DNA of 64,000 bases from an uncultured delta proteobacterium (GCA_963733195.1 CAVTCR010000019.1:89553-153552); one strand, 5' to 3'. Positions 23,500 to 33,879 are shown, counted from the stretch's first letter. The notes: generated by a model not told the origin, from the sequence alone. Numbers and translations: made by a program.

Positions 23500-23792
23500 T
23501 TACTTTCTTCCTCTTCAAGCAGACGTGTGCAGTTTTGTTCAAAATCGTCCAGGAGCTTCTCTATACTCTGAAACATATAGGGTTCTTCGACTCCACGCAG
23601 ATGACGATGAGAACCTTTCGGCCAATGATTGTCATACCCTATCAACTCCTCGCCATTAGCTGGATCGACTAAGAAACAGCGAAACCGATAACCCTCAGGA
23701 GTTTTAGAACTTACAGGCACTTGGTAAATCGCCACCTCCATGATGTAGCCTTTGCGGTAGACTTTGAACGCCCGGAGCGGTTGACGTTTCAT
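23487..23792 (-). CDS. DUF6516/TumE-like putative toxin
   Basis: IYQVP..PEGYRFR..LIGYDNHWPKGSHRH..EEPYMFQSIEKLLDDF. Confidence 0.7.
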   Translation of the reverse strand: MKRQPLRAFKVYRKGYIMEVAIYQVPVSSKTPEGYRFRCFLVDPANGEELIGYDNHWPKGSHRHLRGVEEPYMFQSIEKLLDDFEQNCTRLLEEEESNEAP

Positions 23793-23815
23793 CCTATGGT
23801 TTTCTACGCCATAGG
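23793..23815. promoter_or_regulatory. Inverted repeat, probable autoregulatory operator of the TA pair
   Basis: CCTATGG-N9-CCATAGG directly abutting the start codon. Confidence 0.5.
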
Positions 23816-23862
23816 TAGAAAGCTAGCAATAGCTTTGCGGGTCGAGGCGATGAAGAAGCGAG

Positions 23863-23923
23863 GTAGCCCGGCTGCAATCCGGGACTTCTGCTCCTGGATT
23901 TTGCTGCGCGCCATCCAGGCTAC
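23863..23923. repeat. GTAG-type REP doublet
   Basis: GTAGCCCGGCTGCAATCCGGGA ... CCTGGATT..ATCCAGGCTAC. Confidence 0.7.
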
Positions 23924-24009
23924 GTCGCTGTGGTAGACTGGACACGAGTGGCGCGCCATCAGCGCTGTACCATGCGGCCACCGACGACGATGTTCTTCAT
24001 CAAGGATCG

Positions 24010-25062
24010 CTACAGATCCTTCACCGCGGGAATCACTTTCTCTGCGAAGTTCCGTAGATACTCTGCGGACTTCTCCCAGCTCATACCCGCTCGCTTAGCC
24101 ATCAAGTGCAGCTCGTCGGGCGCTCCGTTGGCGAAGACTTCACGAAGCTCACCTATTGCTTGTTCAGGCGTGACGAAGAGCCGTTGCCAGTTGGGCAGGT
24201 CTTCCGGCTTCTCGGGAATCGTATCCATCAGCAGTGCAGTATACGGGTGGACGCCCTGGCGCTCGTAGTGGAAGCTGGCAAACGCTCCCTCGCGATGCTC
24301 TGCCCATGCCTTCTCCGGATCGTCGGTGACGAAACAACTCCCGAAGGTATTGATCTTGGCAGACTTGGGATTGCGGCCGTTTCTCTCACACGCCGCTCGC
24401 CAGCCTTGAAGCCATCGCTGCCATAGATCACCTCCGGTGAGGCTCGTGAAGAAGCCGCCCCATGCTCCAACGTCAAGGCCGAGCCGTGCCACGCGATTCA
24501 TCGCCTTCGGGGTGAATGCCGCGACAACGAAGGTCGGCGGGTGCGGTTTCTGCAGCGGCTTGGGATTGAGCCAGACGCCTTCGAGATCCCAGTGTTTCCC
24601 GTGGAAATCAAACGGCCGGTCTTCGGTCCAACAGCGCAGCAGGATATCCAACCCTTCTTCGAGGAGACTTGGCCGATGCTTTGGGTTCAACCCGAGCATC
24701 CGGAACTCCATGTCGAACGTTTGCCCAACTTGGCCGATGCCGATGTCGAGGCGGCCATTGGAGAGAATGTCGAGCACAGCGAGTTGCTCTGCCAGGAGCA
24801 CCGGGTGATAGAACGGCAGCTGAATGATGTTCGAACAGATGCGGACCCGGTGGGTGTGCATCGCTGCGGCGGTCATCGTTACCGCGATGCCCGGGTTGTA
24901 GCCTTCAGGGTCGCCGTGGTGCTCGCAGAGGCTGATCGAATCGAAGCCTAACCGTTCCATCTCCTGCATGTGGTCGAAAGCGCTGGAGTATAATGCCGGC
25001 CAAGGCTGGAACCACTCGCTCTTGGGAGGATTGCGAAAATCGTACAAGACGCCAAATTTCAT
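24010..25062 (-). CDS. LLM-class flavin-dependent oxidoreductase
   Basis: MKFGVLYDFRNP, CEHH, HPVLLAEQLAVLDILSNGRL, PKPLQKPHPP. Confidence 0.9.
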   Translation of the reverse strand: MKFGVLYDFRNPPKSEWFQPWPALYSSAFDHMQEMERLGFDSISLCEHHGDPEGYNPGIAVTMTAAAMHTHRVRICSNIIQLPFYHPVLLAEQLAVLDILSNGRLDIGIGQVGQTFDMEFRMLGLNPKHRPSLLEEGLDILLRCWTEDRPFDFHGKHWDLEGVWLNPKPLQKPHPPTFVVAAFTPKAMNRVARLGLDVGAWGGFFTSLTGGDLWQRWLQGWRAACERNGRNPKSAKINTFGSCFVTDDPEKAWAEHREGAFASFHYERQGVHPYTALLMDTIPEKPEDLPNWQRLFVTPEQAIGELREVFANGAPDELHLMAKRAGMSWEKSAEYLRNFAEKVIPAVKDL

Positions 25063-25157
25063 GACTCTCCTCCTTTGACAAAAAAATGGAATGTCTCCTT
25101 TTCCCCTTCGCCCTCCTGAATTAGACCGCAAAAGATTGGGATACAAGGCCTGTCGCC

Positions 25158-25835
25158 CTATGAGTTTCGATTTAGCAGAGCAGACAAGTCATACTCCAGT
25201 AGCTCGCCGATCCGCTCAACGGTCACATCTGCTGGCGGATAGGTAGCGAGTACTTGTGGGTCGTGTGCATAGTGCCCCTGTCGCGGAAATACGGTCGTCA
25301 CACGTGTGCCCCAGATCTTCTTGATGGCCGTTAAGATGCGCAGCTTGTCATCCACCAGCACGTAGTGCGAGGCTGGGTAGCGGCGCTCGACATCATCAAG
25401 TTCCAGCTCTTTATGGACATAGATCAGCACGTTCTTCTCCACCGCTTCAAACAACCCGGCCCGCTCAATTTTACGCGGTTGGAAAACCACATCACCATCC
25501 GAAAGAATAACCACTGGACCCCACTCTTTACATTGATCGATCACATCGAGGGCATTCGGGTACAGTCGGTTGGCGAAGGGGTAGTTCACTAAGTAAGACG
25601 AGACGGTTAAGAGATGTGGATCACGGGGATGTTCAATCCGATACCGCTGCAACGCGCCGAGGTAGTCAGCATAGCCGAGTTGGGAACGTAATTCCTCGAA
25701 GATCGTCCAGTATCGTTGTTGACGTTCATGTCCTACTTCACGTTCGAGATGGCGCTTCAGATCAGTAGTGACACGGTCGTTGTCAAGCAACGTATTATCG
25801 ACATCGAAAAGAAACACGACCTGGTGCATAGCCAT
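25158..25835 (-). CDS. HAD-family hydrolase
   Basis: FLFDVDNTLLDND, SDGD, VDDK. Confidence 0.88.
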   Translation of the reverse strand: MAMHQVVFLFDVDNTLLDNDRVTTDLKRHLEREVGHERQQRYWTIFEELRSQLGYADYLGALQRYRIEHPRDPHLLTVSSYLVNYPFANRLYPNALDVIDQCKEWGPVVILSDGDVVFQPRKIERAGLFEAVEKNVLIYVHKELELDDVERRYPASHYVLVDDKLRILTAIKKIWGTRVTTVFPRQGHYAHDPQVLATYPPADVTVERIGELLEYDLSALLNRNS

Positions 25836-26197
25836 GAGACCTCCTCTTTTGCTATCTGACCTGGACCATCTATTTCATCGTGAGAACGATATGGACAGCG
25901 TCTCTAACAACAGTATCACAGGAAGCGCTCTTCACTGAAATCCACAGAAGGGTTCTCATAACCGTCGCGTTGCTCAGAATGACAAGACCGATTGGTTGCA
26001 TCGTAAAGTGTACCAAGGTCGGATAGTTTGATTTAATTGCCACTGCTGCCTCACAACAGCGGAGTAGCTTGCCATTTGTTTACTTCTTCGCTTGTTTATC
26101 TGAGGCAGCGACGGCAAAAATATTCACGTCAATGGGGTCATCGGTCGCTACAACATTGGCGAGCTAAGGTAGTACGGGTAGCGCCCTCAGTGGGGTG

Positions 26198-27427
26198 TTA
26201 TGCGTCTTGTTGCGCTCGCATTTCGGTTGCGTAAAAATCCATCGTGTCTATATCTTTGTCTGATTCTTTGGGTTTGCCGAGCAGTTTCAGCCACAGAAAA
26301 CCGCTTGCCCCAGCTATCAGTGAAGCCAGCAAGATGGCCATCTTCGAGGCGTTGATCGCTTCCAAGTTTCCAACAAAAGCCAGATTCGTAATAAAAATTG
26401 ACATCGTGAAACCAATGCCGCCAAGCAGTCCCGCACCGCAAACGTGCCACCAGTTCAAATCGAGTGGTAATTTGCAAATGCCGAGGGTAACGGCGACGAA
26501 ACTCAACAGTGTAATGCCTAAAGGTTTGCCAAAAACTAACCCGCCGATGATACCCAAACTATTTGCGCTCGTTAAGTTTTGCGCCCAATCCGTGCCGATG
26601 ACGATGCCCGTATTTGCCAGTGCGAAAATCGGTAAAATGACGAAAGCGACGGGCTTGTGCAAAAAATGCTCAAGCTGATGCGAAGGTGATTCTTCGTCGT
26701 CTTCTTTGGCGGAAAATGGCATCGCAAATGCCAGCAAAACTCCAGTGATCGTCGCGTGAACACCGGAGTTCAACATCAAAAGCCACATCAACGCGCCGCC
26801 GAGCAAATACGGCATGAGCGACATCACACGAAAAAAATAATTCAGCACGATGAGCAAGCCAAAAACAGCTATCGCACCAAGTAAGTAGGCAACCGAAAGT
26901 TGCGCTGTGTAGAAGACGGCGATGACGATAATCGCGCCTAAATCGTCCATCACCGCCAGTGCGGCCAAAAAAACTTTCAAAGACGCGGGAACGTGGCTAC
27001 CCAAAAGTGCGAGAACACCCAAAGCAAAAGCGATGTCAGTCGCCATCGGAATCCCGATTCCAGGTTGCGTTGGTGTTCCCGCATTCAAGACAAAGTGAAT
27101 TAATGCAGGCAAACAAAGACCACCGACGGCCGCGAAAATCGGCAGCAGCGCATTTTTGAAATTCGAGAGTTCACCGTTATAAAGCTCGCGTTCGAGTTCT
27201 AATCCGATGAGCAAAAAGAAAATCGCCATCAGCGCGTCGTTAATCCAATGCTCGACACTCAAACCGCCGACATACATTTGCCAAATACTTAAATACTTCG
27301 CGCCGAGAATCGAATTGGCGAGCAGAAGCGAAACACCTGTACAGATGATCAGCAAAATGCCACTCGACTTTTCCGACTCGAAAAAGTCTTTGAAGGTGTT
27401 TGATAATTTTCTCTGTACAACACTCAT
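26198..27427 (-). CDS. nhaA: Na+/H+ antiporter NhaA
   Basis: WINDALMAIFFLLIGLELERE, IPMATDIAF, AVMDDLGA, GIGFTMSIF. Confidence 0.95.
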   Translation of the reverse strand: MSVVQRKLSNTFKDFFESEKSSGILLIICTGVSLLLANSILGAKYLSIWQMYVGGLSVEHWINDALMAIFFLLIGLELERELYNGELSNFKNALLPIFAAVGGLCLPALIHFVLNAGTPTQPGIGIPMATDIAFALGVLALLGSHVPASLKVFLAALAVMDDLGAIIVIAVFYTAQLSVAYLLGAIAVFGLLIVLNYFFRVMSLMPYLLGGALMWLLMLNSGVHATITGVLLAFAMPFSAKEDDEESPSHQLEHFLHKPVAFVILPIFALANTGIVIGTDWAQNLTSANSLGIIGGLVFGKPLGITLLSFVAVTLGICKLPLDLNWWHVCGAGLLGGIGFTMSIFITNLAFVGNLEAINASKMAILLASLIAGASGFLWLKLLGKPKESDKDIDTMDFYATEMRAQQDA

Positions 27428-27590
27428 AATCGTCTTTCGGTCAAAGTATCAAAACCGGGATACTCCTAATATGCCCAAGTCTCACCCTTTTGTGCACGAA
27501 AGCTTGCCTCTCTTCGTACTGATCGTCGCACTCATTGCCGCCGACATTCCAAGGTAAGATCCTGACAATGCACGAACTATATGGGTGGGC

Positions 27591-28745
27591 CTAATGTCCG
27601 CCTATTCCTGGAATAAACGGTAATACGATCGAGAGGGTAATTAAGAGGATGATAATCCATTCCAAGATTTCCATGCGGTGACTGGCCGCCTGATCGTTCA
27701 TTTTTTCGTAGAGACTCTCAAGCGTTTGCAGCTTGCGAAGAATGCTGGTATCCCAGTCCGCCAGATGAAAGCGTTCAGACGCTGCACGATAGACCCGTGC
27801 CAGGTATTGATCTCCTAAGAGTTTGAGCGCGTTGTTCACTCCCTCAAACAGCAGTGCGCTGTCGATGTGGAATTGCGCGATCTCGTGCAAGCTCGCACGA
27901 TAAGACCCGGGAACCCACAACGATCTCCCGAGGCGGGATGAGACCGTTTCGTACGACCGTTCCAACGCCTCATCAAGGAGTTGATCAAGGAAGCGCATTT
28001 CTAATAACTCAACATTGGCGAATTCCAGGACGGAACAAACATCAGCGCCGTCCCGGTCCACCACAAGCGCAGCATGCCAGTCGATAATCGTCACATCGTC
28101 GGGGCTGAACGATAAGCAGCGAGATAATGCGTCTTGCCTCTCTTGTGCGGACAATTCTTGTCGCTCGGCGCGCAGCATCCGGGCGATTACCGGTGCATGC
28201 ACCGTGCGCAAGGTATCGGGCGCACACGGTGTGACAAAGGATTCGATGTGAAAAATCACGTAGTCTTCAACTATATCGGCAACCTGGGGTTTGACGAGGG
28301 CAGCATGGATAACCGTGAGCAACTGCTCCACACGTTGACGCGAATCCGCTAGCAGTCGCTCGTTGTTGTACAACTCTTCACTAAGGGTGCAGAGTCCAGA
28401 GAGCGAACCCATAAGGGGAATACTATACATAACGGACACCGCACCGAAGTCATACAGCACCACGTCAACATCAGCGTGGCTCCGATGCATTCCTAACGGC
28501 AATGGCTCTGCCGCTTGCGTCACACGCACGGGGGCGGGATGATACTCAAAATGCGCAGGTGCGGGATGTTGCCGCTTGATACCGCCACGCTGCGTCGCGC
28601 TACTGATTGACCGCTCTGCCTCGTCAAGATTAATGGCAAAAGCGATATCGTAGGCGAATAAGGCGTAACACGTCCCCTGTTTAACAGAGACGGACTTTGT
28701 CGCGACTGCGGGCGAGGCATTTTCTAGTGCTTTGGAGTCTGGCAT
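27591..28745 (-). CDS. RMD1/DUF155-like hypothetical protein
   Basis: YDFGAVSV, LEFANVELLEMRFLD, GDQYLARVY, LEWIIILLI C-terminal TM. Confidence 0.6.
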   Translation of the reverse strand: MPDSKALENASPAVATKSVSVKQGTCYALFAYDIAFAINLDEAERSISSATQRGGIKRQHPAPAHFEYHPAPVRVTQAAEPLPLGMHRSHADVDVVLYDFGAVSVMYSIPLMGSLSGLCTLSEELYNNERLLADSRQRVEQLLTVIHAALVKPQVADIVEDYVIFHIESFVTPCAPDTLRTVHAPVIARMLRAERQELSAQERQDALSRCLSFSPDDVTIIDWHAALVVDRDGADVCSVLEFANVELLEMRFLDQLLDEALERSYETVSSRLGRSLWVPGSYRASLHEIAQFHIDSALLFEGVNNALKLLGDQYLARVYRAASERFHLADWDTSILRKLQTLESLYEKMNDQAASHRMEILEWIIILLITLSIVLPFIPGIGGH

Positions 28746-29005
28746 ATCATCACTATGTCTTACGAAGAGAATCGCTCCATACCCTGAGTATTAGGTCATT
28801 CCGATTCTCCATGCAATTCGGAAACCGCCCACAACAGCTCGACGAGTCCGAAGGAAAGTGGCTCAATAGCCCCAATAACTTAATTTACCGCTCTGACAGA
28901 CGAGCGTCTATCGTATTCGGCTGAACATTCCTGACGTCCGGCCAATTTCGGCAATAAAATAATAAGCGCATAATCGAATGAGGCTATGAAGCAATGGAGG
29001 AACCA

Positions 29006-29773
29006 ATGAGACTCGCAGGAAAAATTGCTCTTATCACTGGTAGCAGCAAAGGAATTGGCCGCTCCATCGCTGAACGCTTCGCCCAAGAAGGCGCTGATGT
29101 CGTCATCAACTACAACCGCACTCCGGGTGGAGCAGAGGAAGCGTTACGCAATGTCGAAGCGGCTGGTCGTCGTGGGTTGATCGTCAAAGCCGATCTCTCG
29201 AACACGACAGAGGTGCGAAAGCTCGTCGCCACCGCGATCGAACATTTCGGACGGCTCGACATTCTCGTCAACAACGCCGGCATCGAAACCCACGCACCAT
29301 TCTGGGAGGTGACAGAGGAAGACTACGACCGTGTACTGAACGTCAACCTGAAAGGTGTCTTTTTCACCACACAAGAAATTGTTCGTCATCTCATCGCCAC
29401 CAAACGCCCCGGCAAGATTGTCAACATCAGCTCGGTCCACGAAGAATTGCCCTTCCCCAACTTTGCCGCCTATTGCGCCAGCAAGGGCGGTCTCAAAATG
29501 CTGACCCGCAACTTGAGTGTCGAGCTCGGACAGTTTGGCATCACCATCAATTCAATTGCGCCGGGTGCGATTGAGACACCAATCAATACCAAACTGCTCA
29601 ATGATCCACAGAAACTTGGCGCGCTGTTAACCCAGATTCCTCTCGCACGACTGGGAAAGCCCAATGATGTGGCCGGACTCGCAACCTTCTTGGCCTCGTC
29701 TGACGCTGACTATGTCACAGGTTCGACGTATTTCATCGACGGCGGGCTGACCTGGAATTACCAGGAACAATAG
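29006..29773 (+). CDS. Glucose 1-dehydrogenase-like SDR
   Basis: TGSSKGIG, NNAGIE, ISSVHE, YCASKGG, PGAIETPIN. Confidence 0.88.
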   Translation: MRLAGKIALITGSSKGIGRSIAERFAQEGADVVINYNRTPGGAEEALRNVEAAGRRGLIVKADLSNTTEVRKLVATAIEHFGRLDILVNNAGIETHAPFWEVTEEDYDRVLNVNLKGVFFTTQEIVRHLIATKRPGKIVNISSVHEELPFPNFAAYCASKGGLKMLTRNLSVELGQFGITINSIAPGAIETPINTKLLNDPQKLGALLTQIPLARLGKPNDVAGLATFLASSDADYVTGSTYFIDGGLTWNYQEQ

Positions 29774-29984
29774 TCACGATGAATACACGTGATACTCTGT
29801 CAGAGTGATTTTGAGGGGTTCCAGTCCATCATGCCGACGCAGCCTGTCCCAGGTTCTACCGGGAGCAAGCATCCAGAAATCTCAAGCAAAAACCGTCCGC
29901 TAAGCCGCCTGGATTCCGCTTCCGTGGGAATGACGTTCCCTGCCCTCCCTCAAAATCATTGTGATGCAACACTGTAGTGACTAT
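29770..29984. mobile_element. MITE-like element related to 17613-17755
   Basis: Inverted repeat TGATTTTGAGGG (29806-29817) / CCCTCAAAATCA (29947-29958), outer ATAGTCAC/GTGACTAT, internal CTGGATTCCGCTTCCGTGGGAATGAC REP-like arm. Confidence 0.6.
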
Positions 29985-29999
29985 CGATTAGTCGAGTGA

Positions 30000-30320
30000 G
30001 CAAGGGACATATTGCTATGAGCCAACCGACCCAGCTATCAGTAACAACACCTGCGTCTCCCTTTCCTGCTCGCTGTGCGATGTCTACCCTCTTTAGTGAC
30101 TGCCGGAAAAACACAAGGAGTACAACCTGGAACAGCGCTGACTGCCGTTGCCTCGATGGGCTATTTCGGCTTCCTGGTCGGACCGCCACTGATCGGCCTG
30201 GTGGCAGAGGTGACGAGCTTGCCAGTCGCGCTCGGGATCGTGAGCGCCTGCTGTGCAATCGTCGCGATACGTGCCAGTGCAGTAGGCAAGTCACTTCAAA
30301 AGAGAGTCGGGAACGGTCTT
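30000..30320 (+). pseudogene. C-terminal fragment of an MFS transporter
   Basis: PGTALTAVASMGYFGFLVGPPLIGLVAEVTSL; no N-terminal part; bounded by a MITE and a REP. Confidence 0.6.
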
Positions 30321-30324
30321 CGAT

Positions 30325-30382
30325 CTTATTCCGGCCTACGGCAGAGTAAGTGTAGGCCGGAATAAGCATAGCGTTTCCGGCA
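30325..30382. repeat. GTAG-type REP inverted pair
   Basis: CTTATTCCGGCCTAC / GTAGGCCGGAATAAG (perfect 15-bp inverted repeat) then TTCCGGCA. Confidence 0.75.
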
Positions 30383-30394
30383 ACCCGAGACTTA

Positions 30395-31819
30395 CTACAA
30401 AGCAGCGATGTATTTGAGCCCAGTGATACTCGGGAGGAAACAATATGCTCCTCCTCGAGTAGTCACGAACTGTGAAAATCTTGGTATTGCGACCTTCGCA
30501 TCAGCCCCTGGCAGCGCAAAAGCCGGCTCTCTAATCACGTTACTCCCCGCGATGGGGTCCTTGGCATCACTTGGAAGCTCAGGCCGAAAGCCACCACGGT
30601 TCATCCAGTTCGTTATGAGAAATTCAAATTGATCTTCCAGGCTCACGCAAACAAAGAGGCCGAGAAGTCCGCGTTCTACGTCGTCTGCTTTACCATTACG
30701 AGGATCATACTTGGGGCCGTAGGGCATACCACGACGAACGATTGGATGTCGGTCGCTGTCAGCTCCAGCCACAGCTTCACCGCGTGGGTTGACACGACGG
30801 ATATGAGCATCGAATGGACACGTCAGTCCTTGCGGGTCCTTGGTAAAATCAAAGTCGTTGAGTTTATCCGGCGGAAGCGGTGGTTGCGGAGATGAAGAGT
30901 GAGGACTCAATACGAGAGGAACTCCATTACGCCAACGGCCACAGAACTTTGCCGCGATCATTTCTTTATCTAGACCCGTGGCAGCAGCAACTGCGTCCAG
31001 ATACTTCTCGAACTCAACGACATCTTGTTGGAGGATACGGAACGCGGCGAAACTCCCGTTCCGTCCGAACTCAAGCGGGCGTGGCACGGGGTACTGAAAT
31101 CCCAACCACTGACTGGGATAGCCAAGAAGGAACGCCCCAGAGGGTACGGCTATCGCCGTCGCCGCGGCGAATTGAGGCCGCGGTGCACCAGCAATCACCG
31201 GCTGCGCTATGCCATCTCGATAGCCAAAGTGAATAAGGACTCCAGGTTGACTCTCTTCTTGTGAGTTTCCGTCCTCTAGTTTAGCACCGACCTCACAATG
31301 TAAAACTGTACAAGAACTCTGCCGGGCAAGGTCACTGAGTATGGTACTCAAGCTGTCAAGACTTTTCTCGTTCGCGTAGAGCGATAACATCATGTGCACC
31401 GCTCCAGTATTCAGCTGCCCGCGCCAGTGGTGCGGGGCACTCGTTCCACAATCACCAATGAGCGCAGCTCGTGCAGGAGCGCCATTGACAAACGCTTTGT
31501 CGTGGGCAAAAGACGCAAGCGTCGCTGCTGGAAGATGTAGTGCTTGCAGTCCAGCGTAAGTAAAGCCAATGTTAAGCGCCGAGGCGGGGCGAGTTTTCTG
31601 CGTCCAGTCTGCCGCTGTCGCTATGCGCAGGGTCGCTTGCGGATTATTCGTGAGTGTTCCTACGAGTCGCCGGCCACCTTCGGCTTGGTCAACACGGACG
31701 AAAAAATGGCGCACCGCAGGAAGGGCATAGTCACAAAGAATCAATCCCTGGATGTCGTGGAGCGGCAACGTACGGTTTGTCAGACTTTCGGGAGTCACAA
31801 TGGTAGCCTGCGTGTTCAC
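30395..31819 (-). CDS. DyP-type heme peroxidase
   Basis: DIQGLI, HFGYRDGIAQP (GxxDG), NGSFAAFR, AHIRRVNPR, RRGMPYG, GLLG. Confidence 0.92.
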   Translation of the reverse strand: MNTQATIVTPESLTNRTLPLHDIQGLILCDYALPAVRHFFVRVDQAEGGRRLVGTLTNNPQATLRIATAADWTQKTRPASALNIGFTYAGLQALHLPAATLASFAHDKAFVNGAPARAALIGDCGTSAPHHWRGQLNTGAVHMMLSLYANEKSLDSLSTILSDLARQSSCTVLHCEVGAKLEDGNSQEESQPGVLIHFGYRDGIAQPVIAGAPRPQFAAATAIAVPSGAFLLGYPSQWLGFQYPVPRPLEFGRNGSFAAFRILQQDVVEFEKYLDAVAAATGLDKEMIAAKFCGRWRNGVPLVLSPHSSSPQPPLPPDKLNDFDFTKDPQGLTCPFDAHIRRVNPRGEAVAGADSDRHPIVRRGMPYGPKYDPRNGKADDVERGLLGLFVCVSLEDQFEFLITNWMNRGGFRPELPSDAKDPIAGSNVIREPAFALPGADAKVAIPRFSQFVTTRGGAYCFLPSITGLKYIAAL

Positions 31820-33696
31820 TTCTTTTCTCCCCCTTGTCGTCCGAGGATATCCTGTACGGTCAGATCACCATAAGCGCTGTAGAACTGCGAGTCGGAGACG
31901 AGATCGGCCCGTTCGACATAGGCAATAAACTCATCACGATATTGTCGCACTGGTAATGGCGGCGCATCCTTCATGTGCTCTAACATGAGGTCGAACAAGT
32001 CTCCTGCGACCTCAATATAGTTCTCAATGTAATTGTCGAACGCTCCATCGTAAGTAGTAATGAGGGCCAGTTTGGTATCGTGCTCCAGGAAAACAAATCG
32101 CGCGAAATGAACAGTGCCAACTTGCTCGAGGACATCGACCACTTGCTGATAGGCTTGCGACAGGATGAGTTTCAGTGCCCGCGCATGTAACGCCTGCGGC
32201 TGTTTGATCTCCATGACCGCTGTGAGTGCATTTTGTACAGGCTGAGGCCCAAAATCAACAGCAAGTTGTTTCGGGAAAAAAGTTCCATACTCGAGTTTTC
32301 CGAGTGGACCGGATGCGCGACGGACCTTTGGCAACATCAGCAGGCTTCGTATCATTTCTACGATCTGCACCTGCGCGATATATTTACCAAAGCAGTCATG
32401 CCAGCCAGTACCAAAAATCAGATCGTCCGCATCAGCAAAGTTCCGGTCTGGGCGGAACTCGAATGGCTGTTCCCACTTGCGCTCGTCCATCATAGCCGAG
32501 CACACGCTCAGAAACAGAAGCTTTCCTTTGGTAATGTGTGTTTCTCGCGTCGTACCAGGAGCAAGCACCAGATCCTCGCGTGCGATACGCAGAAGAAAAG
32601 GAACCGGTGCATTAAAGCGGAGTGCTTCTCGAATGAGCCCCCATAGCTGGCGTCGAGATGCTTGCGTTGTCGCAGCATCTCTTGCAGAGGTCACTTTCTG
32701 TGCAACTTCCGTCGCCATTTCCTGCGCAGTGGGATGTGACAAGAAGAAATCCATCGCGTTACTCACCGCAGCCGTCACATTATCGACCATACCATTGACC
32801 ATCCCAACCAGATTGCGAATGACTTTTTCTACGAGCTTTTGCATCTGCTCAGCTTTATTTCCAGCTGGGTCGAACGGTTCGGCGGCAACCATGCGTTGGA
32901 GAATGGTTGTTGGGTCAGTGGGAGGATGCTTCTGCAATTCCTCAATCAGCGAGGTCATATGGGTAGCAACCTCTTTTCTGACTTGTGGCACTCGTGCCAG
33001 CAATTGCTGGATGGTTGCCGGATCAAAGGCGAAATGGCGGCCAAAGGCACCGTGGATAAAGGCGCCGTTCAGTGTGGCGATCCAATTGCCAACGCAGGGA
33101 AAGGCCGGATCAAGAAACGGGCGTGGGTCTGGCAACGGTACCGGATTCGGGCGCGAAGGAGGCGGGAGCGGAGGAATACCGAAGTCGACCGGGTTCGGGT
33201 CGGTGAGGCCAAAGTAGTGCTGAGCTACAGCAGTAGAGACTCGACGAGCAAAACCATGTGGGACATCGATGCGCCCGGCGGGTTTGCGAGGTTCTCGCTG
33301 ACCAGGGAGCGCGCCTCCCTCATGACGTGTCATCATGAAGCCAAGGATTTTTTCGATCTCTTCGGCAGCAATTTTATGCACTCGTTCGAGTTCAGCTTGC
33401 GGCAGTAGTCCTTCCAAAAAGGCGCGGTCGGCGTCATGCCCATCTTCTTTGTCCTTGCCAAGGACAAAGTCGTAACTCCCAAGATAGGCTTTGACATTGA
33501 AATGGCTAGAATCCTCAAAAATGGCTTTCACATCTTCATGACGCGAAACAAAGACAGCCTCTGGAGTCACAAAGAACGGTGCATGTTCGCGCAATTCAAC
33601 AAAGAGTTCTTGTCGGCGGCGAAAAATCCACTCCGTGAACAGTTCTTTGCGTTTATCACCTGAATACAGGGCAGTATAGGCTTCGATAAACCCCAC
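31816..33696 (-). CDS. Cytochrome P450 fused to a C-terminal ~130-aa domain
   Basis: EALR (ExxR), FRPDR, FGTGWHDCFG heme-Cys motif; C-terminal GTVHFARFVFL..LALITTYDGAFDNYI; 4-nt overlap with DyP. Confidence 0.88.
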   Translation of the reverse strand: MGFIEAYTALYSGDKRKELFTEWIFRRRQELFVELREHAPFFVTPEAVFVSRHEDVKAIFEDSSHFNVKAYLGSYDFVLGKDKEDGHDADRAFLEGLLPQAELERVHKIAAEEIEKILGFMMTRHEGGALPGQREPRKPAGRIDVPHGFARRVSTAVAQHYFGLTDPNPVDFGIPPLPPPSRPNPVPLPDPRPFLDPAFPCVGNWIATLNGAFIHGAFGRHFAFDPATIQQLLARVPQVRKEVATHMTSLIEELQKHPPTDPTTILQRMVAAEPFDPAGNKAEQMQKLVEKVIRNLVGMVNGMVDNVTAAVSNAMDFFLSHPTAQEMATEVAQKVTSARDAATTQASRRQLWGLIREALRFNAPVPFLLRIAREDLVLAPGTTRETHITKGKLLFLSVCSAMMDERKWEQPFEFRPDRNFADADDLIFGTGWHDCFGKYIAQVQIVEMIRSLLMLPKVRRASGPLGKLEYGTFFPKQLAVDFGPQPVQNALTAVMEIKQPQALHARALKLILSQAYQQVVDVLEQVGTVHFARFVFLEHDTKLALITTYDGAFDNYIENYIEVAGDLFDLMLEHMKDAPPLPVRQYRDEFIAYVERADLVSDSQFYSAYGDLTVQDILGRQGGEKK

Positions 33697-33826
33697 AGCA
33701 TCCTCCTCTCCGATGCCTCAGGATTTCAGTCCTGAGGGCAAGCTAAATCGAAACACGGAAGATCCGTACACTCCAGAACTTCTTGCTCCCTCTCCTTATT
33801 CAGAAGGAGTACCCTCATGACTTTTT

Positions 33827-33855
33827 GTAGAGACACCCCGCCAAGGCGTCTCTAT
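33827..33855. repeat. GTAG-type REP hairpin
   Basis: GTAGAGACACC...GGCGTCTCTAT. Confidence 0.55.
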
Positions 33856-33879
33856 TTTGCTCTGCATGTCGACCCATCG

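Noticed and set aside
25900-26203. attC after nhaA (GCATAAC overlapping the stop, GTTATGA/GTTAGAG further on, minus strand)
   Set aside because: The core sites are about 245-300 bp apart and I could not build paired L boxes; a remnant at best.
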